In this document: one piece after another, positions 1 to 13,295 of the stretch
Numbering within the stretch: position 1 is the first letter of the stretch
Layout of the letters: every line of letters starts with the position of its first letter
Assembly (NCBI GenBank): GCA_000320545.1
Contig: ADNK01000095.1
Span: 1 to 64,000 of the forward strand
Direction of reading: 5' to 3'
Origin: Bigelowiella natans CCMP2755
Lineage: Eukaryota; Protista; Cercozoa
DNA: 64,000 nucleotides
The notes under the pieces: model-generated
Database searches by the model: none
What the model saw: the letters and a program-made list of their open reading frames with translations, nothing else
Told to the model about the DNA's origin: nothing
Position numbers and translations under genes: made by a program

Positions 1-185
1 TATATATATATATATAGTATATAAATATACTATATATATTAGGAGAGATAAATCCAAACTTTCTTAATCTTGACTGTAGATAATTCTCTTCTTCCACACT
101 ATATACACTGTGCACTCGAATTCTTATTAATTTTGTTATCATTATTATTATTATTATTATTATTATCTTTATCTCCTCCTTCTAG

Positions 186-1243
186 GCATCTTTTGCATAT
201 GGCATCTCACATAGATATGTGGGTAAGTAAGTACTACTTGCACTGTCTTTTGATAAACATATACAATATAATTAATCCCTCGTATAGATAAACAAGTAGA
301 TCGATAGAAAACACAGTCGTCACTCTCATTTCTTAACAACAACAACTACTACTACTACTAATAGAAAATAATGGTGATAATAATACCAGGTTGGTAACTA
401 TGAAAGAGCCATAATCGCAAATGCCAAAGCTTTCAATGCAGATGAACGGTGCTTCCTGCTAAACCGAATATCATGAATCAACAGAAGAAGAGAGTTGTAA
501 AGAAAAAGAAGAGGAAGAAAAGAAAAGATGATGATATTAATAGATTCATTATCGCCAACAACGATGATGTCTGCCATGTCATTTGATAATAGCTTCACTT
601 TCTTATCTCCTACTACTTGCATTATTCCTCTTGTCACAATCATCATCATCATCATCATCATCAACATCCCATTCATGAGGATAATAATAATAATGATAAT
701 AATAATAATAAGGTTTATATCCATGACGATAAAAATAATACTGATGATAATTGTAATAATGATGATAATGATAAGGTTTGTATCCATGACAAAGCAAGGG
801 GGTGGGTTCTATCTTGGGTACCGAATTCACAACTTACACTTTTTAGTGTGGGCTGCTATGTTTGATGGTCAATACACAACTGCAAACAAGTAAGCGTCAT
901 TCTAAGTTGCATGATGATTATCATTTTGTTGTACATATCACAAGTAAGCGTCATTCTAAGTTGCATGATGATTATCATTTTGTTGTACATATCACCACCA
1001 CGCTGCCCTCATTGCCATTGTTTTCTTCTTCTTCTTCTTCTTCTCCCTCTTCTGACTTAACTTATTATTATTCCTGTACCAGACATGCCAGATACATCGA
1101 AGAAAGGCTTCCCGAAGAGGTGATTAATAAAAATGTACATCATTGTCTAGAGGAAGCAAATCAACTACGGCGATACTAATTATGATGATGGTGGTGGTGA
1201 TGATAATGATGATGATGATGACACAATGATGGTACTGAAAATC

Positions 1244-1277
<34 letters not shown>

Positions 1278-1282
1278 ATATA

Positions 1283-1318
<36 letters not shown>

Positions 1319-1459
1319 GTGTAAAAAAAATAATATGCATAAATTGTAGTATTATTATTGTACGTACAAACGATGGTGATATTAGTTGTATTATAGCAGC
1401 TTCAGATCCTACTACATCGCTCCTTTATAGTATCTTCGATGACGATAATGATAGTAGTT

Positions 1460-1495
<36 letters not shown>

Positions 1496-1937
1496 TGAAT
1501 TCTTGTCACAAACATAAATGAAGGTTGTCAAGACTATGCCGCAATATTTGGAAGGGTTTGTATGAAGAAGAAGAAGAGTAGAAGAAGAAGAAGAAGAAGA
1601 CTACGAATTGAAATTTTGGCCATCGATGAGACTATCATTATCACCGCCACTACGACCACCACCACCACCACAACCACAACCACACAAGTTGTACGTACAA
1701 TGCTTGTGATAATAATAATAGAAATGATCATTCGACTTATGTTGTTGTTGTTGTTGATGATGATGATGACTATTTCTCACCACAAATTCGATGCTATTGT
1801 CGCCTCCTATTCTTCTCTTCTTTTACTGTTTATACTTCTTCTTCATCTTTATCAATGTTCTTATTCTTATTCTTCTTCGTTTTCTTTTACCTCTAAACAG
1901 CTATTGCCATACCAAATTAATGGTCATGACAAGGTGC

Positions 1938-1972
<35 letters not shown>

Positions 1973-2270
1973 ATTGTGAATAATAATATATTCTTCTTCA
2001 TACATTATCCCTCTCTTTATAACATCAATACAATCTATCGTATCAATTAATCTATCAAGCGGAGCGGGTTGTGGGGGGGGGGGGGGGTTAATGTTGGGAA
2101 AAGAAGAGGGAAGAAAAAATAAAGAAATCATCGGTGTATCAGTTGCAAAGCATTGGAATGTGTATTCTGTTTCTCGCATATTTCGTTCTTTCAGCCGATG
2201 GTGATGATTATTTATTACTTCATATATTTTGGCTGCTGCTGCTTCTTCTTCGGCAATGCTACTACTACTA

Positions 2271-2309
<39 letters not shown>

Positions 2310-2812
2310 CTACTCCTACCTGATTTTTCCTTCTTATTTTGTTTCCTTCTGGTTCTGTTTGGTAGATTTGGGCGTTGGAACGACATCTTGAAGGAGCCTA
2401 TTCCTCGTGATACAAAGGTGGTTGTCAGCCAGTATAATAATATGATCATGTACAAAGATTGTAAAGATGGAAGAAAAAGGGGGAAACAAGTCTTCTTGTA
2501 TGGGGAAAAGTACAATTCTCATTAGATATGTTTGGGTTTATGATGTAATCTCTTCTTCTTCCGTTGTCTCTCGATAGCACAAGCACAAACAAAAACAAAA
2601 ACTACTACTACTATTATGCCTTGTAGCTTAATAGTAAATACACACCAGGCCATTTCTCTATTATTACATCATGATGAGTTCTGGTGGAAGAAAACGATGA
2701 TAAGCTGATATTGATAATAAGTATCCCCCCCCCCTTTTTCCTTCTTCTTCTTTTTCTTTTTCACAGTTGGTACATTTTTTTAATCATCATCTATGGGTGA
2801 GCGACCGATTAT

Positions 2813-2844
<32 letters not shown>

Positions 2845-3980
2845 ATACGCACAGCTTTGGACATGCACGACCGCAGCGACGTATTATGCCCGTGCCGTAG
2901 CTTTCGCAGCCAAAGGGATGGTAGGGGCCACTAAGCACTATTTTCCCCAACACCAACGACAACACTCAACTATAAAAAACAACAACAACAAAGAGGCTGC
3001 CTTTATCGTTTTCCTTCCCTCCCCCCTTCCCCCATTTTATATGAAGGTTGTAAGGAAGGTGAGAGGTGAAATATGATTGAATGGGTTGTTGTCTATTGTG
3101 ATTGCTATTGGATGTTGTGAAAAGATATGGTGAGAAGAAACGATACGATGATGATGATGATGATGATGATGATGAAGTGATGATAATGATGATGGTGGTG
3201 AGCATGTTTCTCCTGCATCACCATCCTTATCATCATTATCAACAACACCAACAACAACAACAACAACAACAGAATCATCACCAGAATGATTAACATTCCA
3301 ATTTTCATCCGCTGCTGCAATTAGATCGACGAGGCTATTACTGAGAGAGATAAATTCTACGAAATTGTGAAGATGCCAGAGATTGAAGGCCGTATATTAC
3401 ATAACAATAAAATGTGGGACTCATCAGAGCAGCAGTGTGGCATTCTAAACGTCGCTCAACAAGTAGTAGTACCACAATAGTAGTATGAGATCTTGAAATA
3501 ACAACATGCAGTAGTATTCACAAGACGACGAACAACTATGTAGTCGTTTAAGTAGTTGTAGTAATAGTAGGAGGAGGACGAGGAGGAGGAGATGTTTTTA
3601 TGCTGTTTCATCACCGACGACTGTGCTGTCTTGAAATGAAATATGTATAACATGTCATAGCATCACTGTGTATTTTGCTCATGCAAATTCTCGATGAGAG
3701 AAGCAAAAGTGAGGTTACTTATGATATTATCGATGATAATGATGATGATGATGACGGTGCTATTTATTAGATTTTCGTAGAATTCTTGTTTTGGTGATAA
3801 TACACAATAAAATAATAAATCAAAGGTGATGGAAGGGGAAATTTTCTATCGGCAAGCTAAGTATGAAGAGGCCTTCGAATCACTCAGAAAGGCAGTAGCT
3901 GTTAGCGACACTAAATCGTTATATAAATGCATAGAATATACGTTTATATTTGTATTCGCGCGCGTACACGCACACGCTAC

Positions 3981-4054
<74 letters not shown>

Positions 4055-4807
4055 GTATATGTTAATCGCACGTATAATTGCTCAGGATGACGATGATGAT
4101 GATGATATGCACATGTATCATTTCTCAGAATTATGATAATAACTAACAATAAAAACTAAATATTCAGGCTGTAAAATTGGAAGAAAACCTAAAATACGAT
4201 GAGCCTTGGTAACTTGGATTTTTAGGCAAAATAAATTAGATATTACTTACTTTACTGTACTGTCATTTCATTTTTTATTGTGCAATTGTTTGCCACATAA
4301 TCATCATCATCATCATCATCATCATCATTAGGCGATGAGAGAGTATGAATGCAATTAACGTAGTAGCCTTTACACTTTTATTCTGTTCTGTCAAACTATG
4401 CGTTGTCGCCTAATTTTAATATTAATCTTCATAATCATCTTCATAATCATCTTCATTATCATCATCATCATCGTCATCATATGAGGGGTTGGATGCAGCC
4501 TACCAGGCATGCTCTCGGTCGTTCAACAGATTCTTTAGCTCAGTGATTAGATATACTAAAAGGAGTAGTAGTAGATAGATAGATGAGAGACAAGAAACGA
4601 AGAATAAAGAGTGAAAACAAGCATAATATGTATGTAACAACTACCGACAACAACTACCACCACCTGATTATACCATGTAATCTATCGTCTTCACTGTCAT
4701 CATCATATCATATCCTTCATTCCCCTTCCTTCTCCTTATTATTCTCCCCCAACTCATCAATTTTTACTCATCAGCTACCACAGATATGCTATGCATTTTC
4801 TGTCGTC

Positions 4808-4858
<51 letters not shown>

Positions 4859-4886
4859 CCATTATCGCTAGTAAGCAAAGAGTAGT

Positions 4887-4920
<34 letters not shown>

Positions 4921-5941
4921 CAGTAGTAGTGGTGGTGGTGGGGTGTTGCTGACATTGTTATGTTGGTGATATTGATTATGATTAATATCAGGGGCATTGC
5001 TAAATGAGCAGAAGAGATATAAAGAGGCTAAGAAAGTATTTGAGGAGGTCGCCACATAGATATCTTCTGACCCTAAGATCATTTATTCTTTATTTATTTC
5101 ATCATGCCCTTTTATATGAGTAATAGTATTACCATGATCTTCGCTACCTTTATCATCATTACCTCAAACATTAATACCATGATCCTCGCGACCTTCATCA
5201 TTGCCTCAAACATTTCTGCCCATCCCCCACCATACATGATACAAAACGTGTTTTAAACTCATGACGAAAAGGGTCCTGTGCCGTTTTTGCTACAGTTTAT
5301 TTGCCATATGTTGATGATATGTAAATATTGTCACTATTTATAGTTGTTATTTGTATATTCGATGTTGTTACTACACAGTTATATTTATTAATTTGCGAAT
5401 ATTCATGCTTTCAGGATTTGAAGAAGTGGCCCGCAAATTTGTGGGGAATGAAGGGACTCTCACAGAGCTGCAAGGGCCTCGGAGAGCAAGGTAATGACAC
5501 CGCAATTTGAAGAAGAAGAAGAAGAAGAATGCGGTAGCCATGGAGATTTTAATGTGTCCATCTGTATTATATTTATTATGACGGAAAATGAACAATTAGA
5601 TCAAATGCTCAAATGCGAGGAGAATCTAAAATTTCTCACAAAAAGGATGGATGTCAGTAACCGAACACTTTTAACTCATTGCAAATAAAACTTTAATTAA
5701 AATCTGCACTATAGATGCATAATTTCCCGGTATACATTATCTCACCAAAGTGTTTGTATTTGACCTACTACTGGCTAATCATCATATACTGCGCTTACTT
5801 TTGATTTATGGAAATGACAACGGTGGCGATGATAATGAACATAAGGTTCCTCTTAAGGCTGCATGCCTTTGTTCAAATGGAGTTCTGGTACAAGAAGATA
5901 AAAAGAAAGTCAGTTGTTGCAATGAAGAAAAGATGGTCTGA
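186..5941 (+). CDS. TPR-repeat protein, multi-exon, 5' end outside window
   Basis: About 16 short exons splice in phase: HLLHMASHIDMW|VGNYERAIIANAKAFNADER|FVSMTKQGGGFYLGYRIHNLHFLVWAAMFDGQ...MVMTR|FGRWNDILKEP...YYARAVAFAAKGM|IDEA...VMEGEIFYRQAKYEEAFESLRK|AVKLEENLKYDEPW|GWMQPTRHAL|GALLNEQKRY...|VPLKAACLC...MV*. The HMxSHID, RFGRW and YDEPWGWMQPxRHALG motifs are typical of a conserved bacterial/fungal TPR protein family (recalled, not searched). Confidence 0.8.
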
Positions 5942-6308
5942 AGAACCCCTTCAACCGAACATCATTTTGTCTCGTTGAAATAAATATCACTAAAGATCAG
6001 CTCATCCTAGAAACCGCCAAAGTGTCATGCAACCCAAGCAACGCTCCATGCTACATGACAATCACATGTCATGCAACTAACGCACAAGAATTCTGACACT
6101 CGTACACTCGGTTGAATGAATAATAGACACAGCATATGACTGCACCAGAATCTATTGTTGTCGTTTGTGCTCGCCACTTGATGCCCTCTTCAGGAACGAA
6201 TCATTGTGCACGTGTCGGACTCACTCTTTGCGCGGAGACAGATGAGTGTTTTGATGCAGCAAGTTCTAGAGTTAAAAACATTTATATTTTCTCGTTGCAA
6301 CAGCAGAA

Positions 6309-6486
6309 CAACCACTTGATTCAAACACTTCAGGTACGTGAGATGCAGCTAGCTAGTGCTGAGCAGCCATCGCCATGCCAGAATGCGCAGCACAGCTAGA
6401 CATGCAGGTCTGAGGTGTGCTCATGCATCACAAATGGCGTTGTTCACTAGCTTCATCTCACCTGCAGTGTTTGAATCAAGTAGTTG
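6309..6486. mobile_element. Small fold-back / MITE-like remnant with ~42-50 bp imperfect inverted repeats
   Basis: 6309-6358 (caaccacttgattcaaacacttcaggtacgtgagatgcagctagctagtg) matches the reverse complement of 6445-6486 (caactacttgattcaaacactgcaggtgagatgaagctagtg) with 3 substitutions and two 4-bp indels. No clear TSD. Confidence 0.5.
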
Positions 6487-7041
6487 AGCACACCTGTGCT
6501 GCGCATGGCGTTGTGGATCGTTGGCCACTAGCTAGCTAGCTGCGTGAGAGCTGCTTGCTCAATTCCACCTCCTTCTCAGTCAGTCTAGCAGTCAACACGA
6601 TGGACAACCTAGCAACGCAACACTGAATGCACGTCATGCATTTCACATGCACATCTAGACACACAACACATCACATTGCTGTGTCAACAATCATGGGCAT
6701 CACGTCGCTGCACGAGTGTCTGTGATCAATGAGACCACCTCATCTGGACCCAAAAGAAAAGAGGCGTTCGTCAGGGCGAGTGAACGAAGTGTGTTGGTTG
6801 ATTGATTGATTGATTGATTGATTGGTCAATTCGTGTTGAATTCGACACTCCAACAAGGCATTTCCAAGCGCTGCTCTGAGGCTGAATGAAGCTAGACGCA
6901 TCTCGCAAGCGGTTGAAAAGCGGGGCAGCAAAGGAACTCAACAACTCACTCAACAACAAATGAATGAGTGCAACACAAGCGTTCTTCGTCAACTCTCGAG
7001 ACTGAAGGAGACTAGGCAAAAATCTCCACAAATCTCGAGTC

Positions 7042-7617
7042 ATGGAGGTCGAGTTCACGGACGCGAAGCCACTTGCGCCGATTGTGGTCGTTGGTACTCC
7101 AGATGTTTCGCTGGCAGGAATTAGGTGGTTTTCCTTCCATTCAACACTACACCTATCATGTTGATGCGCAGGAATTCTCCTGGTCTTGGGAGCCTCCCCC
7201 TCCTCCTCCTCCTCGCCTAACGAAAATACTGCATAATAATCAGGATTCTCCTTGCAGCATCAAAGCCGCATTCACGTTATGAATGGCCAGTGCGATTTAG
7301 AAAATCCAAGGTTGATGAGAAGTTGAGCGACAAAACGAGCGTTGAGGTAAAGCACTTGTTTGTTTCACACTACTACTCGTGATCCATTCCCTAATCCATG
7401 CAATGAATTCAGACTCCGCTAGTTCAATCAGTAGTCAAGGAAAATGAGGATGATAATCACGGCACCTCCCCAGCCAAAATTGTCCAGCTCAATTTTGGAG
7501 GTTCGATTTCATTCAAATAAAGTTGGTTATTGATGAATGTGGTATTTGCCATGGCTCCTCCCCTAGATAGATGCCAGGCGACCATCATCCTCATCGTATT
7601 TCATTGTTCGAATTGGC

Positions 7618-7650
<33 letters not shown>

Positions 7651-8992
7651 ATCTGAATTATGAGTTGTTCACAGATTGCATTCTAATTCTACTACAGACA
7701 AAAAAGATCCTGCTCTCACATTTCTGGCGGTAAATACTTTAGTCCCACATAAGGAGTCCATTTCTTTGGCAAATTCTTTTCTCACGACGATCCTGGTATA
7801 TCATCACCCAGCACCAAAGACAAGACAAGACACATACGCATTATTTCTTGTCGTCGTCGAAGTCGTCGTTATTGTTTCCTGGAATATATGAGTACATGGT
7901 GGGATATGCTAACTACTCAGGGAAATGATAAGAAAGTCAAGTCCCTAATACTCCTCAATCCTCTAAGAGTGGATCCAACGTAATCAATCTATTTCGAAGC
8001 ACAACCTAAATAATATATATTCGTAGGGAATAATATGGTGCACGATAGCATGATACTCTGAAATCAGGTTGCCTTACAAGACTCGCATACCGGAAGGGAT
8101 CGTACAGTACGGTGTTTGGAACAAACATCAAGTAACATGTGCGAGAACGCGCAAGCGTGTGTTTGTTGTACTTATTATCAATCCCAATGATTATAGTATA
8201 AACTAAGAACTGCAGATAATGGAGAGAATAGATTATATTTCTTGTCTTACAACATCTCGACTACTTTCTCATATTGAACCTACGTTAAGAATTGAAAATA
8301 ATAATAATTGCTCAATATGCTGCATCAATCGCTCATGAAAGAAACAATCCATTTTTTCCAACAACAACAACAACACATTAGGCCCCCAAAAGCATCAAGA
8401 CAGTAGATACTCGTATAAGAAATGTTGATCCGTTTCTATGGTACTACTACTTGCATCATCGCATCATCATCATCTTACGTGTTATTAGCCTAGCTTGCTT
8501 CTATAGTGCAAACAAGATATTATAGTTTGAAGCTGGTTATATTTTACAACGATGAGTTCGTTGTTCCTGATGCAAAAAAGCCCAATGTCATTAGTGGCAA
8601 AATTATCATTCATCCGTGTGTTAGGTGCTCAGTAATATAAACAACTTTGCTTTACTTCCAATGTATGGTGCTCTGCCTGAATCTGAACATGGAATGATTT
8701 TATTTGTGACATATAATAATACTACTACAACAGTGGTAACTGCTATTATTTACGTTGTGCTGGTGTAATTCTACTTCTTCTTCTTTCTTTATCCTTTCTC
8801 CATCTATGCAGCGCACTGGCGCACTTTTCATTCGTACTAGAAATACCAACGTTGTCGCTAAATACTAGGGGATATAGGTATACGAGAGCTTGCTAGAACA
8901 AGTCGTAATGAATCAATCATCATCATATCTGATGATCCCCATCCCCCCATGAATAATGTTCTTCTCTACTTGTAGTAGTAGTAGTAGTAATT

Positions 8993-9025
<33 letters not shown>

Positions 9026-9510
9026 ACCCTAATGACCCCTCTACCTTGCTCCTTTTGTTGTTTTAATATTCTCTCTCCACTCTTATCTTGTGATATTATG
9101 ACAGGTATCAACCAGGGGCTGCTGCTAGTAGTAGTAGCAGCAGCAGTCAAAATCCCAAATACGATGGAACAGAGGGTGAGTCGATTAGTATTCGCATGGT
9201 ACTCACCAAATATGGATATTATGGGTCTTGATCTTGACTCTTTTTCGTTATGAATCCTCTTATTATTATATCATTTGTTATTGCCATTTCCATCATCAAT
9301 GGTTTGTCTGCTCACTTAATGGCAAATTCATATCCAAAATTGCTAATATCATCATCATATGACTTTCTTTGCGATGCAGACGTAGCATTAAGTCTATGGA
9401 AGGCCTTAAAAGAAATATTATCAAAGTCACTTCAATCCATCAAAAAAGAGGGGGGTGGGGCTGAAGAAGAAGAAATCATAGATGCTGCGGCTCCGGATAT
9501 AAAAAAGTGA
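7042..9510 (+). CDS. Hypothetical protein, possible PAC2-like (proteasome assembly chaperone) fold, ~10 exons
   Basis: In-phase exon chain MEVEFTDAKPLAPIVVVGTPDVSLAGIR|ILLAASKP...|...TFLAVNTLVPHKESISLANSFLTTIL|GNDKKVKSLILLNP...|...VDPFLC|ALAHFSFVLEIPTLSLNTRGYS|QNPKYDGTE|DVALSLWKALKEIL. The fold is inferred from the pattern only, and the C-terminus is uncertain. Confidence 0.5.
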
Positions 9511-9775
9511 TGATTTTAGTAAAGAAAAAAAGAGTTTTGGGAGGTTTGCAAATTTGTAGGACATCTTCATGGGATGATGCGTGTGCTGTACCCGTCGTTC
9601 AAAAATGATTCTTCCTGAAAAACTAGGAACTTCTCCTAAGATTAGGAGCGTAATATAATATTCGATTGTGTTCGGTCGTTCGTATTGCATCATGGCGCGG
9701 CCAAAGACGACAATTTACCGCACACGTCACGTCGGATAATGAAGGAGAACGATAATGCACTGTTCAATTGTGCGA

Positions 9776-9810
<35 letters not shown>

Positions 9811-11025
9811 GGTATGAGTCGTTGTTGTCATACCATATATCATCAGATTTCGTTCTCTGAAGATCAACAAGAAGTCAATCGCCTCATCTCAACCAATATT
9901 AGGCAAGTTTTCTTTTTATGTGTGACACAATTCACCCAAACGATGATTGTCTAACTCTGCTGTCATTAGGTACTAGCTACAGCAACGTAGTAGATGGTGG
10001 AGAAGTGGTGGACAATAGGAACGTGTTATACACATGAGTATGGGTTGGAATATACAATAGTAGCTAGCACACATGACGACGACGATGCATTATGAATAAA
10101 ACCTGCATGGAGATCATCAAGTGCACACGCATACTGTAGCAATAAAACGATAATACTGTGCGAGCTGCTCATCTAGCTATCGTCAATGAGGCCTTGCAAC
10201 ACTAGAACATATATGAAGCGAGAAACGTAATAAGCCCTGTAATAAATGCACAGATATCTGAACGCTTTATATATAAATAATTACTAGAAATTGGAACGTA
10301 CGTGCTGCATGCACAGTGGGCTACACAATGGAGTTGCTCGCGGCGCTGCGCTTGCTTATACTTTTCATTGGTACACCGCTCAAAATTAAATGAAGGTCGT
10401 GCTAATAAGCAATCGTACACATATATGCGCGCCATTCGCAAGATCGTAGCAACATGCATTTAACTGCATGAAATACATCATCGCGAAGCTTTAGGGAGAC
10501 CAACAGATCCAACATTAGCGCCGTAGCCGCCGCATTGCATATCTACATGAGGATGACCACTGAACACATTTAATTGATGCATTACATCCGTCTTACACAT
10601 ACATGCATACGGATTACGAAATAATAGCGATACATCATAGTACGTAGTCACAAATGTAAGGTGATAATGCACTACTGCTGCGCACATACATATGCATGGA
10701 CATAGCACGCGCAAACGTTCGTACACATAACTAGACGTATGGGCCATCGCTCCCCTATTATTACATGTACAGGAAGTACGGCATATGTCTAGAGTGTACC
10801 ATGGCATGTAGATACTGATTGCCTATTACATGTTGTTTGTGGGATTGTAGTAATTGGGACATGTGTGTACATATATCTAGTATATATATGTGTGATCGAC
10901 AACATAGCAGTGTAGTGCCTTATCCCTATACTGGCGGGTCTAATTGCTCTATTTAATTGCACACATACACGCACTTAGTACTAACAGTCAATCTGAACTT
11001 GCCTACCATGCTGCACTTTTCATCA

Positions 11026-12623
11026 TCAAGGGAATCGCTTTATTAAGCCCCTGTCAAAGAGTATCTCGAGAGCTACAGCCACAGCCCCAAACGCAATAAA
11101 ACTGACATCCGATATCAAAATGCCATAATGTTGTTAGTAAATTGACAACACGGAACAATCATGGGCAATAATATCGTGCAACTTCAATTCAAAGTGTTGT
11201 TTCACATTCTGCTATCGTTCTTGAACCACAACCTTTCAGCAGCAATAAAAAGCCCCCTTCCGATCATGTTCCAGTCCGCTATTCTGATGTCGACGTTATT
11301 ATTATATGTTTCCTTTACTACTATATAATCCTTCTCTATGTCATCAGAATTCAACTTATATTATATCGTTTGAGACTTACAAAATTTTATGTATTATTCT
11401 GAGGAAAAGGATGTTTTTGTGTAGCATATGATTCTTCAACAAAATCGGCGTAAGGTTATAAATCCATAACTCGCATGAAGTATTATCACAGTAAGATTGG
11501 TTACAAGCTTCAATTGTATCAACCACCCCAAAGGAGCTCCGCACGAGAGAGGAAGAGACGTGCATACGTTCGAGACCTGGAGGCCGTAAGGGGTGCGATG
11601 ATGAAATGAAATCGAGATATGAAGTTTATACTGTGCTTTACTATCACTCCCCCTTAATAATAACGAACCACCTGCAACAGAGCCAGTATTCTCTTATCAC
11701 CCCCCCTTAATTAATAACGAACCACCTGCAACAGAGCCAGTATTCTCGTGATAGCAAAGGCCCCTACTACTCCTTGCTTCAACATTGGGTTAGGATCCTA
11801 ATCAAATTTAGTTGGTAGTATCTCGTATTTAGTTTCATCGTTGAGGAGGAGGGAGGCATCATAAGTGCCATGTACAATGATTTTATAACTATAGTACAGT
11901 GCCCTTTCTAGGCGGCCTGAGGTGAAGGACTGTTCAATATATTTCTTGAACAATTCTGTATGCTTATAAGGATAATTACTGAAATATAACTATATCTCAG
12001 TATAAGAAGTGTTATCGCTAGTTCACCGACCTCTCTAACTGCATAACGATAAACCAAGGCTGAAAGGGCGAGTGATAAAGCTGATTTGCCAAAATACGTT
12101 AGCCAGATAAACGAATGGTATTTACCACATCCCTCCCTTCCTTTTCCTTCGATCATTCACATCATCTTTTCCTCTCTTTTATTGTTTCTTACAAACTATA
12201 CCCAATGCATCGTGGTCGAACTCCCATTGTGCCGTCAGCCTGTCCATGAGCCGAGAGGGAGAGAGAGAGAGGGAGAGAGGGGGAGAGAGTGTGCGCTCAG
12301 TATGTGAAAGTATCCATCAGAGATCCAGCATCATATTAAAAATTATTATTGGAAAGACCTATTCGGTGACAACAGAGCAATAGGAGCTGATGCAATCGAC
12401 CCCACGATTGCTCTGAGATGATAATGCAAAACATTACTATTTCTTCGTATTTGCACAATTTCGGTAAAATATGTCTACGACCCAACGACTGCAGATTTGA
12501 TGCTTTCGAATCTCTCCAAGTTTTCGTCGAAGTCTCCATTCCTGGTGGTGCGAGTAGCCCACTTCTTCCCCCTGTGGTTTTCGACATGCTTGATTTAGGT
12601 GGTTTCCAACAACTACTGGTAAG

Positions 12624-12658
<35 letters not shown>

Positions 12659-12852
12659 TTTATTGTCTGGTGATTAGTGCAAGTCGTCGTCGACTGCAAC
12701 TCATTCCTAAAGTTAGGAGGATAATGGTCACCTTGTAGTCATCATCGCCCCCCCCCCTTTAGATTCATCATCTGAACTAGATGAATGTGAAGCATGGCAT
12801 TTGAAAGCAGCAGCACCTGGATGATTCCGATATCGTTCCTGCTTAGAGAGTG

Positions 12853-12906
<54 letters not shown>

Positions 12907-13164
12907 GAAAGAAAAGTAAGGACGTGCACTGGATTGACGACGCCCAATTACAACGAATAAAACACATCAATTTGAATTGCGAGCATCTTCTTTTCGACAA
13001 TATAGGAGGGGCGGAGGAGGGGAGGGAGGGAGAACCCGAGGATAATCTACGCCCCTGTAATTTGGAGAGACAGCAGCTTTACTCGTTTTTGAAAGAGGCA
13101 AAGCTAACGGAGTTGTAGTTAAGCAAATCACCAACAACAATAATTTTCTCATCTCCCACTCCAT
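11026..13164 (-). CDS. Conserved plastid/cyanobacterial-type membrane protein of unknown function with N-terminal targeting leader
   Basis: Minus-strand exons splice to ERFESIKSAVVG|AIVGSIASAPIALLSPNR|LTAQWEFDHDAL|ALSLALSALVYRYAVRE|DPNPMLKQGVVGAFAITRILALLQ|VSNVCTSLPLSCGAPLG|IADWNMIGRGLFIAAES|FIAFGAVAVALEILFDRGLIKRFP*. The N-terminus MRKLLLLVICLTTTPLALPLSK is signal-peptide-like. The 5' exons are not fully resolved. Confidence 0.7.
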
Positions 13165-13261
13165 GTGTGCAGATTGAGCAACTGAAGTAGTCCCGAATTA
13201 AGTGGGTCGAGCTGCAATTACCACCACTGGTTGGTATAAGCAATTCCTCCTCCCCTCCCCC

Positions 13262-13295
<34 letters not shown>

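Noticed and set aside
3892-3897. GC donors here, at ~26973 and at ~45299
   Set aside because: In-frame GT donors exist a few bases away, so GC use is not required.
11497-11586. bZIP-like plus-strand peptide ARERKRRAYVRDLEA
   Set aside because: The spacing is wrong and it overlaps a well-supported minus-strand exon.
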